Shown: positions 60,328 through 64,000 of the stretch, one piece after another
Layout: every line of letters begins with the position of its first letter
Position numbering within the stretch: position 1 is the stretch's first letter
Source of the DNA: Protoeuglena noctilucae
Taxonomy: Eukaryota
NCBI GenBank assembly: GCA_958009085.1
Contig: OY253684.1
Location: 434,001 to 498,000, forward strand
Length of the DNA: 64,000 bases
Reading direction: 5' to 3'
The notes under the pieces: model-generated
Told to the model about the DNA's origin: nothing
Databases searched by the model: none
What the model saw: only the letters and a program-made list of their open reading frames with translations
Position numbers and translations under genes: made by a program

Positions 60328-60402
60328 GCCCCCATAGCTCAGTAGGATTAGAGCGCCCGCCTTCTAAGCGGGAGGTCGTGGGTTCGAGCCCCACTGGGGG
60401 CG
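60328..60402 (+). tRNA. tRNA-Arg(UCU), intronless
   Basis: Acceptor stem GCCCCCA/TGGGGGC, D arm GCTC/GAGC, anticodon stem CCCGC-CTTCTAA-GCGGG (anticodon TCT), T arm GTGGG-TTCGAGC-CCCAC. No encoded CCA. A TTTT run lies about 8 nt downstream and a TATA-like segment about 30 nt upstream. Confidence 0.95.
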
Positions 60403-60637
60403 CTTGCTGATTTTGGCGTTTCTGCCGAAGCAGCTTTATTTTCGTTTGTGTAGCGCAACGCTGCGCCCCCCAAACGAACGCCGTCTGCACCCCTCGACTG
60501 TTGAATCGCTCATCATCACCGATTGGGCGTGCGTCATTATTTCTTGATCATCGTCGATAGGTAGGCCGTCGGCGTAGCGCGAGCGGGAGGGGGGCGAGGG
60601 GTGCGGCGGAGCGGTCATGTGCATCGCGACTCTCTAG

Positions 60638-63600
60638 GCAGGAGGCGAGGTCGCAAAACCCCTGGCAGGCGCCAGGTGGAGGCACAGCCGCTCGGTCTCG
60701 TTGGCTCGGGACGAGCCGCGCCCCGGAGCCGAGGGGGGCTTGCGAGGCGCCGCGCGCGTGGCAGCGTGCGGTAAAATGACGATCTGTAGCATGGATGGGC
60801 CGGGCGGCCGGCGGAAGGGGGTTGCGGCGACGGGGGCGGCCCGATCAGATGGTGCTGTTAGCTCGAGCGTTCGGGGCCCGCGCGGTGGCGGGGCGGGGCC
60901 GGCGTCGGGTCTTTTGCATGCAGGGGGTTCAGGAGGTATCGCAGGAGGGTCTACGGGGGGCGGAGGAGGCGGAGCGGGCGCGGGTGCGCGGCGCGGGGGC
61001 GCGCTGGGGCAGCATGGCGGCGCGAGGAGAAGGGGGGGCGGGAGCGGTCCGCGAGGCCGGGGGAGCGGGGAGAGTCGGTCTGGAGGCGTTCGAAGCTCGG
61101 GAGCGCAAGGGTCGGAGGTCGGAGAGGCGTCGGGGGCGCGTATCGGCGCGCTCCCACCCATCCCGCTGCCGACATTGGGGAATCTGCCCCCGCCGCCGCC
61201 GCCGCCGCGGATGGCGCCCGCCGCGGTGCCGGCGCGCGGGCCACGGCGACGGGGAAGGCGGAGCGCGGCGCGGGACCTCGCGCCCGACGACCTGCGGGTC
61301 GTCAGCGTCAACGTGCGGGGGCTGTCGAGCGGGGCCATGGCGGGCAAGCGGGCGACGGTGCGGCGGCTGGTGCGGAGGCTGCGGGCGGACAAGGTGGTTC
61401 TACAGGAGGTCAAGATGCGGGCGGGGCAGGAGGCGGTGGCGTCGGGATTCTTCCCCCAATACTTCTGCCACTGGTCGCTGGACGAGAACGGCGGCCCGGG
61501 GGGCGTGGGGGTGCTGGTACATCGGGAGTCGGTGGCGGGCGCGCCGAAGCGGCGCGGGGCGGACGTGGAAGGGCTGGCGGGGCGGGCGTGCGCAGTCGAC
61601 CTCGCATGGGCCGACCGGCGCTTCACGGTGGTGGGGGTCTACGCGCCGGCGTCCGGGGGGGCGGCAGCGCACAGGGACTTCACTGCGCGGCTGCGGCATC
61701 TGATGCCGCCTCGCCAGGCGCACAGGGAGACGATCGTCGTTGGGGACTTCAACTGCACGTCGGGTCACCCGCTCGAGCGGGCGTCCCGGCGCTACCACGA
61801 CGACCTGGCCAAGGTCATCCACTGGACGGAGAACGTGACGGGACCGCAGGGGCTGGCGGACGTGCACGTGCAGCTGGGGCTGCGCTGGGACACCTACACG
61901 TGGTTCAGGGCGCGAGCGGAGGGGGCAGCAACGCCGGCGGCGCGCATCGACCGCTGCCTGGCGCGTCCGGCCCTGCTAGCCCGGCACCCGGCGACGCTGG
62001 CGGCGCGCTTCGTGCCCGGGCTGGACCACAAGGCGCTCGTCCTGACGCTGCGGCGGCGGGCAGACAGGGCCGCGGGGCGCAACCCGCTGCGGCAGGTCCG
62101 GCCGCTCTGGGCGCCGGGGAGCCATGAGGCCGAGCGATTCCGGCGGGGCGTGTGGAGGGACTTACCGGCGGACGGGCCGGGGTGCACGTCGGTGCGAGTG
62201 GCCAAGGTCATCCGGCACCGCGCGGAGGCGATCAACCTGGTGGTGCGGCGGCGGCGGGACGGGGAGCGGAGGCGTCTGGAGAAGCAACTGGGACGGGCGG
62301 AGAGGAGGGCGCAGCGGACGAACGCGACGGAGGACTGGGACCGGATGCTAGACCTGCAGCGCCAGCTGACGGTGCTGGAGCAGCAGGAGGTCCAGTGGCA
62401 GAGCGAGCGGGCGAAGCACTTTCTGCGGGTCTTCGGGGCCGTGCCGAGTCGGCGGATCACGGCCCATTTCAAGTGGCGGCGGCGGGCTGAGGGCGTCACG
62501 GACGACCTCGCGCGGGACCTGCAGACCAATATGGCCCAGCTCTACGCCCCCGCCGCGCCCCCGGCCTCCGCGGACGGCCAACATGAGCGGGCGCGCGCCA
62601 ACTTCCTGCGCAACCCGCGGTCGCCGCTGTCGGAGGAGGCGAGGGCCGCTCTCGAGGCAGACGTGACACGGGCGGAGGCGGCTGAGGCGATACAGGGTCT
62701 ACGGGGCGACAGCTGCGGTGGCGCGGACGGCATCTCCCCGGCGCTGCTCAAGGCGTGCCAGGGCACCGGGACCGAGGCGGGCGTCGAGCGGGTGGTCGCC
62801 TACTTCGTCAACAAGCTCCTCCGCGGCGAGGGGCACGACGGCCGCCTCGCGAACGCCGCCATCACGCTCATCCACAAGGGCGGCTCGCGGACGGACTGGC
62901 GGCGGTACCGCCCCATCTCCCTACTGTCCGTCCTCTACAAGGCTTCGGCCAAGGTGCTGACGGCGCGGCTGCTGCGGGTGATGCCGCAGCTCGTGCACGA
63001 GGACCAGTTGGGTTTCGTCCCCGGGCGTGACATTGGGACGGCCATCTACTCGCTGCATCTGCTCGACGAGCTCATGCGCATCTGGCGGCAGTCTGCGTGG
63101 GCGGTGCTGGTGGACTTCGAACAGGCGTACGACACGGCCTTCCGGGGGTGGGCTGCGGACGCGATGGCGTGGGGAGGGCTCCCGCCGCGTTTTGTCAAGG
63201 CGGCGGTGGCGCTGCAGAGCGACAGCCGGGCGAGCCTGGTCCTCAACGGAGCGGCGGGGGAGCCGTTCCCGCTCAACCGGGGAGTCAAGCAGGGATGCCC
63301 CCTGAGCCCGCTCATCTTCGTGCTGGCGGTGGAGCCCCTCGCAGAGAGGCTGCGGGCGTGGGGCCAGGAGCCGGTGCAGCTGCCGGGCGGCCCGCGGTGC
63401 GACCGCGTGCTCGGCATCCGGACGACGGGCGGCAGGGCCGAGACGCTTCTGGCCTTCGCCGACGACTTCAACGTGCTGCTCCAACGGCTCGTGGGGCGCG
63501 ACAGGAACCAACTCGACCCGAGGCGGGAGCTGGCCGAGGTGCTGCGGGACTTCCACCGTGTGTCCGGGCTGAAGGCGAGCCAGACCAAGACGAAGCTCTA

Positions 63601-64000
63601 CCGACTGGGACGCATCAACAAGCGGCAGGAGGCCAAGGCCGCCGCGCAGGGCTGCCCGTGGGGGGTGGAGCCGGGGGGCGTGCGGCTGCTGGGGGCGCAG
63701 ACGAGAGAGCAGGCGGCGCTGGTGTGGCCCGGGCGGCTGGGGGAGGCCCTGCGCCGCGCGGACGCGGCGTCATCGCTGGGACTGCCGATCCGGGGTCGGG
63801 CGCGCGTCGCCAACGCCTACATCACCTCGCTCGCGGGGTACCACCTCGAGATGTCCCCCGCCGCCGACCACTCGTGCGTCGCTGACCTGCGGAGGGTCCA
63901 GGAGCGCTATGTCCTCAACGCACGATCGGCGGGGCAGGTGTGGTTCCGTGTGGGCCGCATCATGCTGACCGCCCCGCCGGAGGAGGGGGGGCTGGGCGCC
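60638..64000 (+). mobile_element. Non-LTR retrotransposon (L1/Tx1-like LINE) with an intact APE endonuclease and reverse transcriptase; truncated by the window edge
   Basis: One frame from the in-frame TAG at 60635 to the window edge. APE: LRVVSVNVRGL, VVLQEVK, VGVYAP, IVVGDFNC, YTW…ARIDR, DHKAL. RT: YRPISLLSVLYK, DQLGFVPGRDI, LVDFEQAYD, GVKQGCPLSPLIF, FADD (63455-63466). Downstream GR…N and GGLG motifs. No introns. Confidence 0.95.
60776..64000 (+). CDS. LINE ORF: Gly/Arg-rich N-terminal extension, APE and RT (ATG at 60776 or 60791)
   Basis: The ATGs, the APE start (61292) and the RT motifs (63101, 63455) are all in the same frame. The ORF track omits it because it has no stop inside the window. 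Confidence 0.9.
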   Translation, partial: MTICSMDGPGGRRKGVAATGAARSDGAVSSSVRGPRGGGAGPASGLLHAGGSGGIAGGSTGGGGGGAGAGARRGGALGQHGGARRRGGGSGPRGRGSGESRSGGVRSSGAQGSEVGEASGARIGALPPIPLPTLGNLPPPPPPPRMAPAAVPARGPRRRGRRSAARDLAPDDLRVVSVNVRGLSSGAMAGKRATVRRLVRRLRADKVVLQEVKMRAGQEAVASGFFPQYFCHWSLDENGGPGGVGVLVHRESVAGAPKRRGADVEGLAGRACAVDLAWADRRFTVVGVYAPASGGAAAHRDFTARLRHLMPPRQAHRETIVVGDFNCTSGHPLERASRRYHDDLAKVIHWTENVTGPQGLADVHVQLGLRWDTYTWFRARAEGAATPAARIDRCLARPALLARHPATLAARFVPGLDHKALVLTLRRRADRAAGRNPLRQVRPLWAPGSHEAERFRRGVWRDLPADGPGCTSVRVAKVIRHRAEAINLVVRRRRDGERRRLEKQLGRAERRAQRTNATEDWDRMLDLQRQLTVLEQQEVQWQSERAKHFLRVFGAVPSRRITAHFKWRRRAEGVTDDLARDLQTNMAQLYAPAAPPASADGQHERARANFLRNPRSPLSEEARAALEADVTRAEAAEAIQGLRGDSCGGADGISPALLKACQGTGTEAGVERVVAYFVNKLLRGEGHDGRLANAAITLIHKGGSRTDWRRYRPISLLSVLYKASAKVLTARLLRVMPQLVHEDQLGFVPGRDIGTAIYSLHLLDELMRIWRQSAWAVLVDFEQAYDTAFRGWAADAMAWGGLPPRFVKAAVALQSDSRASLVLNGAAGEPFPLNRGVKQGCPLSPLIFVLAVEPLAERLRAWGQEPVQLPGGPRCDRVLGIRTTGGRAETLLAFADDFNVLLQRLVGRDRNQLDPRRELAEVLRDFHRVSGLKASQTKTKLYRLGRINKRQEAKAAAQGCPWGVEPGGVRLLGAQTREQAALVWPGRLGEALRRADAASSLGLPIRGRARVANAYITSLAGYHLEMSPAADHSCVADLRRVQERYVLNARSAGQVWFRVGRIMLTAPPEEGGLGA

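Noticed and set aside
60560..60670. Possible 5' HDV-like ribozyme in the LINE leader (stems AGGGGT/ACCCCT and GCGAC/GTCGC)
   Set aside because: I could not fit the P3/L3/P1.1 core; short stems arise by chance at this GC content.
1..64000. Hundreds of long overlapping Arg/Pro/Gly-rich ORFs in the six-frame track
   Set aside because: Expected from very high GC and antisense shadows of real exons; they have no domain motifs.

Overview
GC-rich, intron-rich eukaryotic nuclear DNA from a flagellated green alga. This is inferred from the plastid genes CRD1/CHL27 and Ycf20-like, the ciliary genes IFT172, an axonemal dynein and a NIMA kinase, and chlorophyte-type TGTAA motifs. About 17 spliced protein genes are densely packed, often head-to-head: dynein heavy chain (runs off the left edge), a short MTHFR, a WW protein, CRD1, class II DAHP synthase, a secreted ShK-like/FAS1 protein, a MATE transporter, two conserved plastid-type hypotheticals, a DEK-C/SWIB protein, a stand-alone SRA/YDG protein, a NEK kinase, LYAR, an EEP hydrolase, IWS1, Ycf20-like and a full-length IFT172. 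A tRNA-Arg(UCU) follows, and then an intact single-ORF APE-RT LINE that runs off the right edge. The most unusual signal is in the introns. At least 15 introns carry one or two short (15-57 nt) 'echo' copies of the adjacent exon end, usually including the splice site, and many echo-exon differences are synonymous third-position changes. These introns are also G-rich after the donor and C-rich before the acceptor. GC-AG introns are unusually common across the window. All exon coordinates and counts were read by hand, and family assignments rest on recalled motifs, not database searches.
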